From Candidatus Lustribacter sp. (lineage in GTDB: Bacteria; Vulcanimicrobiota; Vulcanimicrobiia; Vulcanimicrobiales; Vulcanimicrobiaceae), in contig OZ255842.1 of the NCBI GenBank assembly GCA_965277805.1, positions 800,001 through 864,000 on the forward strand: DNA of 64,000 nucleotides. The letters are read 5' to 3'. The notes under the pieces are model-generated. The model was not told where the DNA came from, made no database searches, and saw only the letters and a program-made list of their open reading frames with translations. Position 1 is the first letter of the stretch. Each line of letters begins with the position of its first letter. This document shows, piece after piece, positions 28,271 to 38,002 of the stretch. Position numbers and translations under genes: made by a program.

Positions 28271-28360
28271 CCGCGTACGGCGGACACCTTAGAGACCGCC
28301 ACATTTCCCCGTTCCGATGGAGGGCTGGGCGCACCAGCTGGGACGTCCGGTCGTAGGCGG

Positions 28361-28660
28361 TTGTACGAAAATAAAACGTTGATTTGCAAAGACTGCGGAG
28401 CTCCGTTCGATTTTACGGTCCGCGATCAGATGTTCTACGCGGAAAAGGGTTTCGAGAACGAACCGCAGCGTTGCCGGGACTGCCGCACGGCGCGAAAATC
28501 GCAGCGTGGTGCCGGAACCGGTGCCGGCGGCCCCCGTGAGATGTTCGATGCGGTCTGCGCCCAGTGTGGCGAGAGCACGACCGTCCCCTTCCGCCCCAGC
28601 GGCGACCGGCCGGTTTATTGCCGAAGCTGCTTCAGCGCCCAAAACGCGGTCCGCGCGTAA
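28361..28660 (+). CDS. zinc-ribbon / CxxC-x17-CxxC domain protein
   Basis: TTG start; CKDC..FYAEKGFENEP.RCRDC and CAQC..VPFRP..RPVYCRSC. Confidence 0.88.
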   Translation: MYENKTLICKDCGAPFDFTVRDQMFYAEKGFENEPQRCRDCRTARKSQRGAGTGAGGPREMFDAVCAQCGESTTVPFRPSGDRPVYCRSCFSAQNAVRA

Positions 28661-28690
28661 AGAGAAACCGGATGCCCGGCCGCGAATGCG

Positions 28691-29677
28691 GTGGGAGTGG
28701 AATCGGTTTGGCATGACGGTGACGCCGTCGGGTACCTCGATCAGCGCGCGTTGCCCCAACGGGTCGTGCGCGAGCGAGCGAGCACGGTCGACAAGGTCGT
28801 CGAGGCGATTCGCACCTTGGCCGTGCGCGGCGCGCCGGCGATCGGCATCTTCGGTGCGTACGGGGTCGCCTTAGCGGCGCAGCGGCATTCCGGTGCGGCG
28901 TTCGAGGCTGCCGCGAAGCGCATTCGCGAAGCGCGCCCGACGGCGGTCAACCTCGCGTATGCGGTCGATCGTGTGCTGGCTCGGCCCGATCACGACTATC
29001 TCGCCGAGGCGATCATGATTCACGCCGAACAGCGCGACGTCGATGCGCGCATCGGCCGCTTCGGCGCCGAGGTGCTGCCGCGCAACGGCAACGTGATGAC
29101 GCACTGCAACGCCGGCCCGATCGCGACCGGCGGCGAGGGAACGGCGCTGGCGGCGATCATCGCGGCACACCGCGCCGGCAAGTCGCTGCACGTGTTCGTT
29201 GATGAGACGCGGCCGCTCTTGCAAGGCGCGCGGTTGACGATGTTCGAGCTGCGCGAAGCGGGCGTGCCGTGCACGCTGATCACCGACAGCGCGGCAGCCG
29301 TGACGATGCAGCGCAAGAAGGTCGACGCGGTCGTGGTCGGCGCCGATCGCATCGCGCGCAACGGCGATACGGCCAACAAGATCGGCACCTACGGCGTCGC
29401 GATCATGGCCGCACACCACGGCATTCCCTTCTACGTCGCCGCTCCGCGCACGACGTTCGACTTCGAGATGGCCTCCGGCATGGAAATTCCGATCGAAGAA
29501 CGTTCGCCCGACGAAATTCGCATCACGCCCGACGATCCGGCCTACAATCCGGCCTTCGACGTCACCCCCGGCCGCTTGATCACCGGCATCATCACCGAAT
29601 ACGGCGTCCTGCGGGCGCCGTACGAAGATGCCATCGCCGATCTCGAAACCCGCGCACGTATTCTGTTATCGGCATGA
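28691..29677 (+). CDS. mtnA: S-methyl-5-thioribose-1-phosphate isomerase
   Basis: LDQRALP, VRGAPAIG, RPTAVNL, THCNAG, ETRPLLQGARLT, NKIGT, NPAFDVTP. Confidence 0.95.
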   Translation: MGVESVWHDGDAVGYLDQRALPQRVVRERASTVDKVVEAIRTLAVRGAPAIGIFGAYGVALAAQRHSGAAFEAAAKRIREARPTAVNLAYAVDRVLARPDHDYLAEAIMIHAEQRDVDARIGRFGAEVLPRNGNVMTHCNAGPIATGGEGTALAAIIAAHRAGKSLHVFVDETRPLLQGARLTMFELREAGVPCTLITDSAAAVTMQRKKVDAVVVGADRIARNGDTANKIGTYGVAIMAAHHGIPFYVAAPRTTFDFEMASGMEIPIEERSPDEIRITPDDPAYNPAFDVTPGRLITGIITEYGVLRAPYEDAIADLETRARILLSA

Positions 29678-29792
29678 TGATGGAGCGAGCGCAGTCGCAT
29701 TTTGCCCAACCAGTGATGCTCCTTGCGAGCTCGCGTTGGGAGCCCCACGCAGAGCGTGGGCGGTGCGGAGCTGGGGGCGGAGCACCTTCAAA

Positions 29793-30800
29793 CTGAAATA
29801 TTACGACTTTCTCGATAAAGAACCGAAGATCGACGGGCTGGTCGTGATCGAGGGGACCGACTCGGTGCTCGCGCAGCGCGCGCTCGATGCGCTGCTCGAC
29901 CGGCTGATGCCGCTCGACATGCGCGCGCTCAACCTCGAGATCATCGACGGGCCGTCGTGCGACGATCTCGCCCGCACGGTGGCCGATTCGGTGGCCGCGA
30001 TGCCGTTTCTCGCCGAGCGGCGCGTCGTGGCCGTGCGCGGCTGCGAGCGGTTGCGCGCGCAGCCGCGGCGCGATCTGTGGGCGGTGGCGGAAGCGGTGCC
30101 GGCCGGCAACACGCTGGTGCTCGAAGATCTGTTTCCGCCCAACAAGAAGACGAAGCCCGAGCCGTTCGGCGTGCTCGCCGGGCGCAAGGCGCTACGCATC
30201 GACACCACGGTCACGGCCGATACGCGCGAGCGGTACATTCACGAAACGCTCGACCGGCTCGGCGCGAAGGCCGAACCGCGCGCGGTCGCCGCGATGGCCG
30301 ACAGCGACGCCGACCTCGGCGCGATCGGCAACGACCTCGAGAAGCTCGCGCTGACCGGCTCGAAGATCACGCTCGCCGACCTCGAGCGTGAATCCCTCGC
30401 GATCGAGGATCCGAAAGCGTGGCACTATGCGAGCGCGCTCGTCGAAGGCCGCGCGGCGGATGCGCTCGCTATCGCGTTCGAACTCTTTGCCAACGATCCG
30501 CGCGGCGCGGCCGTGCCGCTGGTGAGCGCGCTCGCCACCGACTTAGGTCTCATCTGGGAACTCGCCCGGCCCAACGGCAGCCCGCTACCCGGACGCCATC
30601 AGTGGCGCGAACGCACGTTGCGTCCGCTCGCCAAACGCATCGGCGAGCGGCGCGCACGCTATGGCTATACAGCTGCCGTGCGCGGCTTCGAGGCGGTGGT
30701 GACCGGACAAATCGACGATCCGCGCGGCATGATCGAGCTGCTCACCGCCGATATCGCTAGCAAAGTCACGGCGCCGCAACGGCGAACGGTCGCGTCATGA
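29793..30800 (+). CDS. holA: DNA polymerase III delta subunit (start uncertain, possibly CTG)
   Basis: MPFLAERRVV, NDLEKLAL; protein-like sequence begins at LKYYDFLDKEP. Confidence 0.75.
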   Translation: MKYYDFLDKEPKIDGLVVIEGTDSVLAQRALDALLDRLMPLDMRALNLEIIDGPSCDDLARTVADSVAAMPFLAERRVVAVRGCERLRAQPRRDLWAVAEAVPAGNTLVLEDLFPPNKKTKPEPFGVLAGRKALRIDTTVTADTRERYIHETLDRLGAKAEPRAVAAMADSDADLGAIGNDLEKLALTGSKITLADLERESLAIEDPKAWHYASALVEGRAADALAIAFELFANDPRGAAVPLVSALATDLGLIWELARPNGSPLPGRHQWRERTLRPLAKRIGERRARYGYTAAVRGFEAVVTGQIDDPRGMIELLTADIASKVTAPQRRTVAS

Positions 30801-32191
30801 ACGAGAAGACGTACGCATCGCCGTACTCCTGGCGATACGGACGCCCCGAACTGCGCGCGCTGTTCTCCGAACACGAGCGCCGCAAACTCTGGCGCGCGGT
30901 CTGGATTGCGCTAGCTGAATCGCAGGCCAAGAGCGGCCTCGTGACGGCGGCGGAAGTCGCCGACCTGCGCGCGCACGGTGAAGACATCGACCTCGAAGCG
31001 GCGCTCGCGATCGAACGCGAAATCGGGCACGACTTGATGGCCGAGATCCGCGTATACGCTTCGCAAGCGACGGTCGGCGGCGGCAAGATCCACCTCGGCG
31101 CGACGTCGATGGACGTCGAAGATACGGTCGAAACGTTCCGCTTGCGCTTGGGCCTGCGCCAGGTGCTTGCGTCGCTCGATGCATTGCTGGCCGCGTTCGT
31201 GCCGCAGATCGAGCGCTATGCCGATCTCGTGTGCATGGGCTACACGCACTTGCAGCCGGCCGAACCGACGACCGTCGGCCATCGTCTCGCGATCTACGCG
31301 CAAGATCTGCTGGTCGATCGCGCGGCGCTGGTGTTCGCCGGCACGCAACTCACGGCGAAGGGCATTCGCGGTGCGGTCGGCACGTCGGCGTCGTACACGC
31401 GGCTGCTTGCCGGCGGCGCGCGCACGGCCGAGATGCAAGAAGCCGAGGTGCTCGGCGCATTCGACCTGGAGGCGCGCGATGTGGCGACGCAGACGTATCC
31501 GCGCAAGCTCGACTACTTGCTGCTCTCGCAACTGGCCGGTGTCGGCGCCTCGCTCTCCAAGTTCGCTTCCGACGTGCGCATCCAGAGTTCGCCCGGGTTC
31601 GGCGAGATGTTCGAGCCGTTCGGTGAGAAGCAAGTCGGCAGCTCGGCGATGCCGTTCAAGCGCAATCCGGTGATGTCGGAGAACATCTGCTCGCTCGCGC
31701 GGTTATTGCCCGCGTTCGCCGACGTCGCTTGGCAGAACGCGGCAACCAACTTTCTCGAACGGACGATCGACGACAGCGGCAACCGGCGCACGATCTTGCC
31801 CGAAGCGATCCTCTGCACGGATCAGATCCTCACGACCGCGCGCAAGATCGTCGAGGGCCTGCGCATCGACGAGCGCAAGGTCGTCGAAAACCTGCGCACC
31901 TACGGCCCGTTTGCCGGCAGCGAGAATGTGCTGATGGAAGCCGCCCGCGCCGGCGGCGACCGCCAGGAACTGCACGAAGCGATTCGCGAGAACGCGATGA
32001 CCGCGTACGCCGCGCTCGAACGCGGTGAGACGAACCCGCTTTCCCGATTGCTTTCGGATGACGAACGGATCATTCGCTACATGGACCCGGCCGAAGTCCG
32101 CTCGCAACTCGATCCCTCGACCCACGTGGGCGACGCACCCGCGCGCGCGCGCCGGCTCGCCCAGCGCGTTCGCGCCACGATAGGAAAGTAG
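30797..32191 (+). CDS. purB: adenylosuccinate lyase
   Basis: HLGATS, THLQPA, GSSAMPFKRNP. Confidence 0.95.
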   Translation: MNEKTYASPYSWRYGRPELRALFSEHERRKLWRAVWIALAESQAKSGLVTAAEVADLRAHGEDIDLEAALAIEREIGHDLMAEIRVYASQATVGGGKIHLGATSMDVEDTVETFRLRLGLRQVLASLDALLAAFVPQIERYADLVCMGYTHLQPAEPTTVGHRLAIYAQDLLVDRAALVFAGTQLTAKGIRGAVGTSASYTRLLAGGARTAEMQEAEVLGAFDLEARDVATQTYPRKLDYLLLSQLAGVGASLSKFASDVRIQSSPGFGEMFEPFGEKQVGSSAMPFKRNPVMSENICSLARLLPAFADVAWQNAATNFLERTIDDSGNRRTILPEAILCTDQILTTARKIVEGLRIDERKVVENLRTYGPFAGSENVLMEAARAGGDRQELHEAIRENAMTAYAALERGETNPLSRLLSDDERIIRYMDPAEVRSQLDPSTHVGDAPARARRLAQRVRATIGK

Positions 32192-32192
32192 C

Positions 32193-33380
32193 ATGCAAAA
32201 AGGGCGCGAGATCACGCGCGGCAAGACCAAGATCCTCTACGAAGCCGATGGTCAGCCCGATTTGGCCGTCATTCAGCAGATGGACGCGATCACGGCCGGC
32301 GACGGCGCGCGGCGCAACGAGATCGAAGGCAAGGGACGCATTGCGGCCAAAACGACCGCGCGCGTATTCCGGCTCTTGAACCTGTGCGGCGTGCCTACCC
32401 ACTACATCAGCGGCGGCGAAGACGACGACAACAACGAGATGCTCGTGCGCCGCGCGCAAATGATTCCGCTCGAAGTCGTGACGCGCGGCGTTGCGGCGGG
32501 TTCGTTCGTCAAGCGCAAAGCCGGCGTCGCGCGGGGCGCGATCCTCGTGCCGCGGATCGTCGAGTTCTTCCTCAAGGACGACGCCAATCACGATCCGCTG
32601 ATCGAGCCGGATGCGATCATCGGGCAGAACATCGCGACGCCGCAAGAGCTGGGCGTGATGAGCGAAATCGCTCGCATCGTGTACGAGATCCTCGCGCATG
32701 CCTGGCGCCGCCACGACACGCTGCTGGTCGACATGAAGATCGAGTTCGGCCGCGTCGCCTCCGGCGAGCACAAGGGCCAGCTCGTGGTCGCCGACGTGAT
32801 CGACAACGACGCCTGGCGCGTGTGGCCGCAGGGCCGCGAAGAGCTGATGCTCGACAAGCAGATGTACCGCAACCTGCCCAACGTCACCGACGCCGATCTG
32901 GCGACGATCAAAGCCAACTACGAACAGGTGGCCGAGATCGTCGGCATGTTCCCGCTGATGCGGCCCGGCATGGTGGCGGTAATCGCCGACGGTCCCGAGT
33001 TCGTCGAGCGGGCCTCCGAGATCGCCCGCGCGTTGAGCGGCTTCGGCTTGCCCGCCGTGCGCCACGTCGCCTCGGCGGTGCGCACGCCGGGCTACGTGCT
33101 GCAACTCGTGACGCAGATCGACGCCACGTTCGCCCGCGCGCTGATCGTGACGGTCGGCTCGGGCGACGGTGCGCTGGCGAACATGATCGAGTATGCAACG
33201 GCCACGCCGGTCGTGCGTGCGCCCGCGACGGCCGACGTGAACCAGGTTGCGCTGCAGTGCGCGAAAGCGTTCTCGCTCGAGGATACGATCGTGTACGGCC
33301 GCGTGCTGCTCGTACAAGCGAACACGCGCTCCACGGTGCTGCAAGCCGACGCCACGTTGAACCAGCTCCCGACCGCGTGA
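32193..33380 (+). CDS. purC: SAICAR synthetase fused to a degenerate PurE-like domain (PAICS-like)
   Basis: GKTK, DAITAG, KDDANHDP, LVDMKIEFG, ADVIDNDAWR; C-terminal VASAVRTP...TPVV. Confidence 0.9.
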   Translation: MQKGREITRGKTKILYEADGQPDLAVIQQMDAITAGDGARRNEIEGKGRIAAKTTARVFRLLNLCGVPTHYISGGEDDDNNEMLVRRAQMIPLEVVTRGVAAGSFVKRKAGVARGAILVPRIVEFFLKDDANHDPLIEPDAIIGQNIATPQELGVMSEIARIVYEILAHAWRRHDTLLVDMKIEFGRVASGEHKGQLVVADVIDNDAWRVWPQGREELMLDKQMYRNLPNVTDADLATIKANYEQVAEIVGMFPLMRPGMVAVIADGPEFVERASEIARALSGFGLPAVRHVASAVRTPGYVLQLVTQIDATFARALIVTVGSGDGALANMIEYATATPVVRAPATADVNQVALQCAKAFSLEDTIVYGRVLLVQANTRSTVLQADATLNQLPTA

Positions 33381-35683
33381 ACGAAACCCTCGACCGCGAT
33401 ACCGAACGCCTGATCGAGGAGCGCAAGCGCATCGGCGTCGCGCTTTCGCCGGACGAAGTGCGCGCGATCGTCGCGCACCTCGGCCGCATCCCGACCGATA
33501 CCGAGCTGTTCGCGTTCGACGCGCAGTGGAGCGAGCATTGCTCGTACAAGTCGAGCCGCCACTTTCTGCGCCGCTTGCCGACCGACGGGCCGACCGTGAT
33601 GCAAGGGCCGGCCGAAGACGCCGGTATCCTGCACTTGGGAACGTGGGAGGGCGAACGCTACGGCGTCGTCATCGCGCACGAGTCGCACAATCATCCCTCG
33701 CAAGTCGTGCCGTTCGAGGGCGCGGCGACCGGCGTCGGCGGGATCGTGCGCGACGTGCTGTGCATGGGCGCGGAGGTGATCGGCATCGCCGATCCGCTGC
33801 GGTTCGGCAGGCTCGAGGATCCGCACTGCCGGTACGTGGCGCAGAGCGTCGTCGACGGCATTGCGGCCTACGGCAACGCGATCGGCGTGCCGAACCTGGG
33901 CGGCGACGTCTACATCGACGAGTCGTTCGACGACAACGTGCTGGTCAACGTGGTCGCGCTCGGGCTCGTCAAAGAGCGCGAGATCATCCACTCGTTCGCG
34001 CCGCCGAACTCGATCGGCTACGACATCGTGCTCGTCGGCAAGGCCACCGACCGCAGCGGCTTCGGCGGCGCCTCGTTCTCCTCGCTGACGCTCGACGACG
34101 CCGATGCGGAAGCGAATAAAGGCGCGGTGCAAGTGCCCGATCCGTTCCTCAAGAACGTGATCATGCGCGCTTCGTATAAGGTGTTCGCCGAACTGCGCCG
34201 GCTCGGCATCGAGGCCGGCTACAAGGATCTCGGCGCGGGCGGATTCGCGGGCTGCAGCGCGGAGCTCTGTGCGGCCGGCGGGGTGGGCGCCGAAGTGGAA
34301 CTCGACCGCGTGCCGGTGTCGCAACGCGATCTGCCGCCCGCGGTCATCGCGATCGGCGAGACGCAAGAGCGCTTGTGCTGGATCGTGCCGCCGTCGTTCA
34401 CGCCGCTGCTGCTCGCCATTTATAACGAAGAGTTTTCGCTGCCGCGCATTTCGCGTTCGGCCGCGGCTGCCATCGTCGGCAAGGTGGTCGATGGATCGCG
34501 TTACGTCGCGCGCCACCGCGGCGAGGTCGTGATGGACGTCGATCTCGACTTCCTGACCGGCGGGGTCCGGTACAACCGGCCCTACACGATCGCGTTGCCG
34601 AATCCCGTGCCGCAAACGGCGCCGCTGCCGCGCTTCGGTGACGCGGGGACCGCGCTCGATGCGCTGCTCGCGCATCGCGACGTCGCCTCGCGGCGTTCGA
34701 TCTTCGAGCGTTACGACGGCGTCGTGCGCGGCACGACCGCGATCCCGCTCGGCGCCGCCGACGCGGGCGTGATCTCCCCGATTCCGGGTGCTCCGCTGGC
34801 CGTCGCGCTCGCGGTCGCCGGCAACCCCCGCTATGGGAAGATCGATCCGCAATTAGCGGCCGAACATGCGGTGCTCGAGGCCGTGCGCAACGTCGTTGCA
34901 GTCGGTGCGCGGCCGCTCGGGCTCACCGACTGTCTGAACTTCGGCGATCCGACCGATCCGGAACACCTCGGCGCGATGGTCGCCGCGATCGACGGCCTCG
35001 CGTATGCGGCGCGCCGCTTCGGCACGCCCTACGTCTCGGGTAACGTCAGCCTCTACAACCAGTCGAAGTCGGGCCGCACCGTCGCACCGTCGCCGATCGT
35101 TGCGTGCGTGGGCGGGATCGAGAACATCGCGCAGACCGCCAGCATGGCGTTCAAGCGGGCGGGTTCGGCGCTCTACTTCGTCGGCCGGCCGGAAGAACGC
35201 ACCGGCGGTTCCGTCTACGCGGATTTGCTCGGGATCGCGAACGCGATACTGCCCACGATCAGCTACGATCGCGTCGAGCGCGAGATCGCGCTGCTGCTGG
35301 CGGCGTACGCGGACGACCTCGTGCTGGCTGCCCACGACATTTCCGACGGCGGCGCGCTCACCGCGCTCGCCAAGATGGCGTTCGCGACCCAGAGCGGCGC
35401 GCGCATCGGCATGAAACTCAGCGAGTCCCCGCTGGACGGGCGCGCGGGCACCGCCGCCTTCACCGAAACGTGCGGCTTCATCGTCGAAGTCGGCGACGCG
35501 CCGAAGTTCGAAGCGCTCGCGCAAACACACGGTGCGGACGCGCTGCGCATCGGCGAAACGACGGCGGCCTATACGTTCGTGTTTGCGGGCGGCATCGAAC
35601 GCCCGCTCGACGTTCTTTACGAAACATGGTCGGCGCCGTTGCGCGACTTCTACGCACCGGCGTCCGTCGCAGGTGCGGCTTAG
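33377..35683 (+). CDS. purL: FGAM synthase subunit PurL (small type)
   Basis: WSEHCSYKS, ESHNHPS, GAATGVGG, DLGAGG, CLNFG, SGNVSLYN, HDISDGG. Confidence 0.96.
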   Translation: MNETLDRDTERLIEERKRIGVALSPDEVRAIVAHLGRIPTDTELFAFDAQWSEHCSYKSSRHFLRRLPTDGPTVMQGPAEDAGILHLGTWEGERYGVVIAHESHNHPSQVVPFEGAATGVGGIVRDVLCMGAEVIGIADPLRFGRLEDPHCRYVAQSVVDGIAAYGNAIGVPNLGGDVYIDESFDDNVLVNVVALGLVKEREIIHSFAPPNSIGYDIVLVGKATDRSGFGGASFSSLTLDDADAEANKGAVQVPDPFLKNVIMRASYKVFAELRRLGIEAGYKDLGAGGFAGCSAELCAAGGVGAEVELDRVPVSQRDLPPAVIAIGETQERLCWIVPPSFTPLLLAIYNEEFSLPRISRSAAAAIVGKVVDGSRYVARHRGEVVMDVDLDFLTGGVRYNRPYTIALPNPVPQTAPLPRFGDAGTALDALLAHRDVASRRSIFERYDGVVRGTTAIPLGAADAGVISPIPGAPLAVALAVAGNPRYGKIDPQLAAEHAVLEAVRNVVAVGARPLGLTDCLNFGDPTDPEHLGAMVAAIDGLAYAARRFGTPYVSGNVSLYNQSKSGRTVAPSPIVACVGGIENIAQTASMAFKRAGSALYFVGRPEERTGGSVYADLLGIANAILPTISYDRVEREIALLLAAYADDLVLAAHDISDGGALTALAKMAFATQSGARIGMKLSESPLDGRAGTAAFTETCGFIVEVGDAPKFEALAQTHGADALRIGETTAAYTFVFAGGIERPLDVLYETWSAPLRDFYAPASVAGAA

Positions 35684-36480
35684 TGTCGCGCGTCGCCGTC
35701 GTCGTCTTTCCCGGCACCAATAGCGAAGCCGAAACGCAGCGCGCGCTCGTCGCGGCCGGCACCGATGCGGAAATCGTGCACTGGAGCCGCGGTTCGGCCG
35801 CGCTGCGCGCGTTCGACGCGTACGTCTTGCCCGGCGGCTTCGCCTACGAAGACCGCGTGCGCGCCGGCGCCGTCGCCGCGCACGATGAAGTGATGGACGC
35901 GGTCGTCGAGGGCGCGCAGGCCGGCAAGTTCGTGATCGGGATCTGCAACGGCGCGCAAGTGCTGCTCGAAGCGGGGCTCGTGCCCGGCACGGGACCGCTG
36001 CGCCGCCCAACCGCCGCCTTCGCGCCGAATACGAGCGGCAAATTCATGTCGGTGCACGTCTTCGTCAAACTTGCGGTGTCGCACACGCGCGTTCCGCTGC
36101 TGGCGGGCCTGCCCGACGGAGCGGTGCTGCCGGCGTGGGCATCGCACGGTGAGGGGCGGTTGGCGGCGCCCGATGACGAACTGGATCGGATGGAACACAA
36201 CGGGCACGTCGCGTTCGTGTACTGCAACGCGCGCGGCGAGCGGGTTCCCGCGCCCAACGGCTCGGCGCGCGGCGTCGCCGGCCTCACGAACGTTGCGGGC
36301 AACGTGCTGGCGCTCATGCCGCATCCCGAGCGCGACGCCTGGACCTTCATGCATCGCGACAACGACCCGGAGAAACTGGCAGCGCGCGGCAACGTACAGG
36401 CGATGCTTGCGCCGTCGGGCGGCACGGCGTTTTTCCAAGCCTTCGCTGTGGGCCTGGCCGCGCGGCGGCTCATGCGATGA
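35683..36480 (+). CDS. purQ: FGAM synthase glutaminase subunit
   Basis: VFPGTN, PGGF, GICNG.Q, HGEG, PNGS, MPHPER. Confidence 0.96.
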   Translation: MSRVAVVVFPGTNSEAETQRALVAAGTDAEIVHWSRGSAALRAFDAYVLPGGFAYEDRVRAGAVAAHDEVMDAVVEGAQAGKFVIGICNGAQVLLEAGLVPGTGPLRRPTAAFAPNTSGKFMSVHVFVKLAVSHTRVPLLAGLPDGAVLPAWASHGEGRLAAPDDELDRMEHNGHVAFVYCNARGERVPAPNGSARGVAGLTNVAGNVLALMPHPERDAWTFMHRDNDPEKLAARGNVQAMLAPSGGTAFFQAFAVGLAARRLMR

Positions 36481-36926
36481 GCGAGATCATCGAGCGCGCG
36501 TACGTCGTGACGCTGACGATTCCCGATAACGAGGCCTTCACCGCCCTCACGACGCTTGCCCGCATCGGCCTCGCCGTCGAGACGGCCGTCCGCTCCGACG
36601 TCTGGATCGCGAGCGTGGAAGCCGAGCACGCCCTGGCGCTCGACGGGACGATCACCACGATCGAGACCGTCTACAACCCAAACAAGCATCGCCTCGAGGT
36701 GCGCGAAGACGCCCGGCCGCGCTCCGGCGAGGTATGGATCACCGCTCATGACGAAACGCCTGCGATTACCATCGCGGGCCGAACCGTCGACGGTGTCCGG
36801 GGGATCGTGCGCCGCACGTCGTGGCGGCTGCTCGATCAAAACGGGGCCGACGTCCCGGCAGCCGTGCTCGATCGCGCGACCGAATCTTTCCTCTGCAATC
36901 CCGCGTTTCAAAAGGCAATACGATGA
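36477..36926 (+). CDS. purS: PurS-like protein (double length)
   Basis: Follows purQ; two ends of PurS type (VYNPNKH and LCNPAFQ). Confidence 0.65.
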   Translation: MSEIIERAYVVTLTIPDNEAFTALTTLARIGLAVETAVRSDVWIASVEAEHALALDGTITTIETVYNPNKHRLEVREDARPRSGEVWITAHDETPAITIAGRTVDGVRGIVRRTSWRLLDQNGADVPAAVLDRATESFLCNPAFQKAIR

Positions 36927-38002
36927 CGATGATGGTTCAGCCGTTCCTCCAGGGTGCTACGAGCGAACGGGACTCGTCGGAATTTTATACGATCGCCACG
37001 CTGGGCTCGCATTCGGCGCTGCAGATTCTCAAGGGCGCGCGCGATGAGGGCTTCAAGACGCTCGCTATCGCGAGTCCCGATACGGAGCGGTTGTACAAAT
37101 CGTTCGGCTTCATCGACGAAGTCATCACGATTCAGAAGTACTCCGAGTTCATGGACCTCGTGCCGGAACTCGAGAAGCGCAAGATCATCATCGTGCCGCA
37201 CGGATCGTTCGTGGCGTATCTCTCGCTCGACGATCACAAGAAGATGTCGATTCCCTACTTCGGGAACAAAGCCGTGCTCGATTGGGAAGCGAGCCGCGAA
37301 CTGCAGCGTCAGTGGCTGACGCGCGCCGGCCTCAAGGTACCGCGTCAGTTCCGCACCGGTGCCGAGATCGACCGGCCGGTCATCGTGAAGCTCTACGGCG
37401 CCCAGGGCGGCAAGGGCTACATGTTCTTGCGCAACTCGCAAGATTTCGATGAGCGCGCCGGCTTGCTCGCGCGGCAAGACTACATTTTGCAAGAGTACGT
37501 GATCGGCGTGCCGTTCTACATCCACTACTTCTACTCGCCGCTGACCGGGAAGCTCGAGATCATGTCGATGGACAGGCGCTACGAGACGAACGTCGATTCA
37601 CTCGGCCGCATTCCGTCGCGCGCGCAGGAAGGGATGGACATCGATCCGTCCTACGTCGTGGTCGGCAACTCGCCGCTCAGCCTGCGCGAATCGATGCTCG
37701 CCGAAGCCTACCGCATGGGCGAAGACGTCGTGCGCGTCAGCCAAGAGATCTGCGGTCCGAAGGGCCTCTTCGGCGCGTTCTGCATCGAGACGATCATCAC
37801 GCCCGACGCGCAGTTCTATATCATGGAAGTTTCTGCGCGCATCGTTGCGGGAACGAACCTGTTCATTGACGGGTCGCCGTACTCGTACCTGAACTACAGC
37901 GAGCCGATGTCGACCGGGCGCCGGATCGCCCGCGAGATCAAGAATGCGCTGCTCTCCAATTCACTTAATGCGGTCCTGGACGATTCCACGCAAGTTTCGT
38001 AA
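36923..38002 (+). CDS. purP: formate-dependent FAICAR synthetase (archaeal-type, ATP-grasp)
   Basis: IATLGSHSALQILKGARDEGF, VPHGSF, GAQGGKGY, DRRYETN, EVSARIVAGTN, MSTGRRIAREI. Confidence 0.9.
   Translation: MTMMVQPFLQGATSERDSSEFYTIATLGSHSALQILKGARDEGFKTLAIASPDTERLYKSFGFIDEVITIQKYSEFMDLVPELEKRKIIIVPHGSFVAYLSLDDHKKMSIPYFGNKAVLDWEASRELQRQWLTRAGLKVPRQFRTGAEIDRPVIVKLYGAQGGKGYMFLRNSQDFDERAGLLARQDYILQEYVIGVPFYIHYFYSPLTGKLEIMSMDRRYETNVDSLGRIPSRAQEGMDIDPSYVVVGNSPLSLRESMLAEAYRMGEDVVRVSQEICGPKGLFGAFCIETIITPDAQFYIMEVSARIVAGTNLFIDGSPYSYLNYSEPMSTGRRIAREIKNALLSNSLNAVLDDSTQVS

Noticed and set aside
32384-33376. Apparent 1099-aa PurL with a long N-terminal extension
   Set aside because: The extension overlaps purC in another frame and is Arg-rich noise; the real start is the GTG at 33377.
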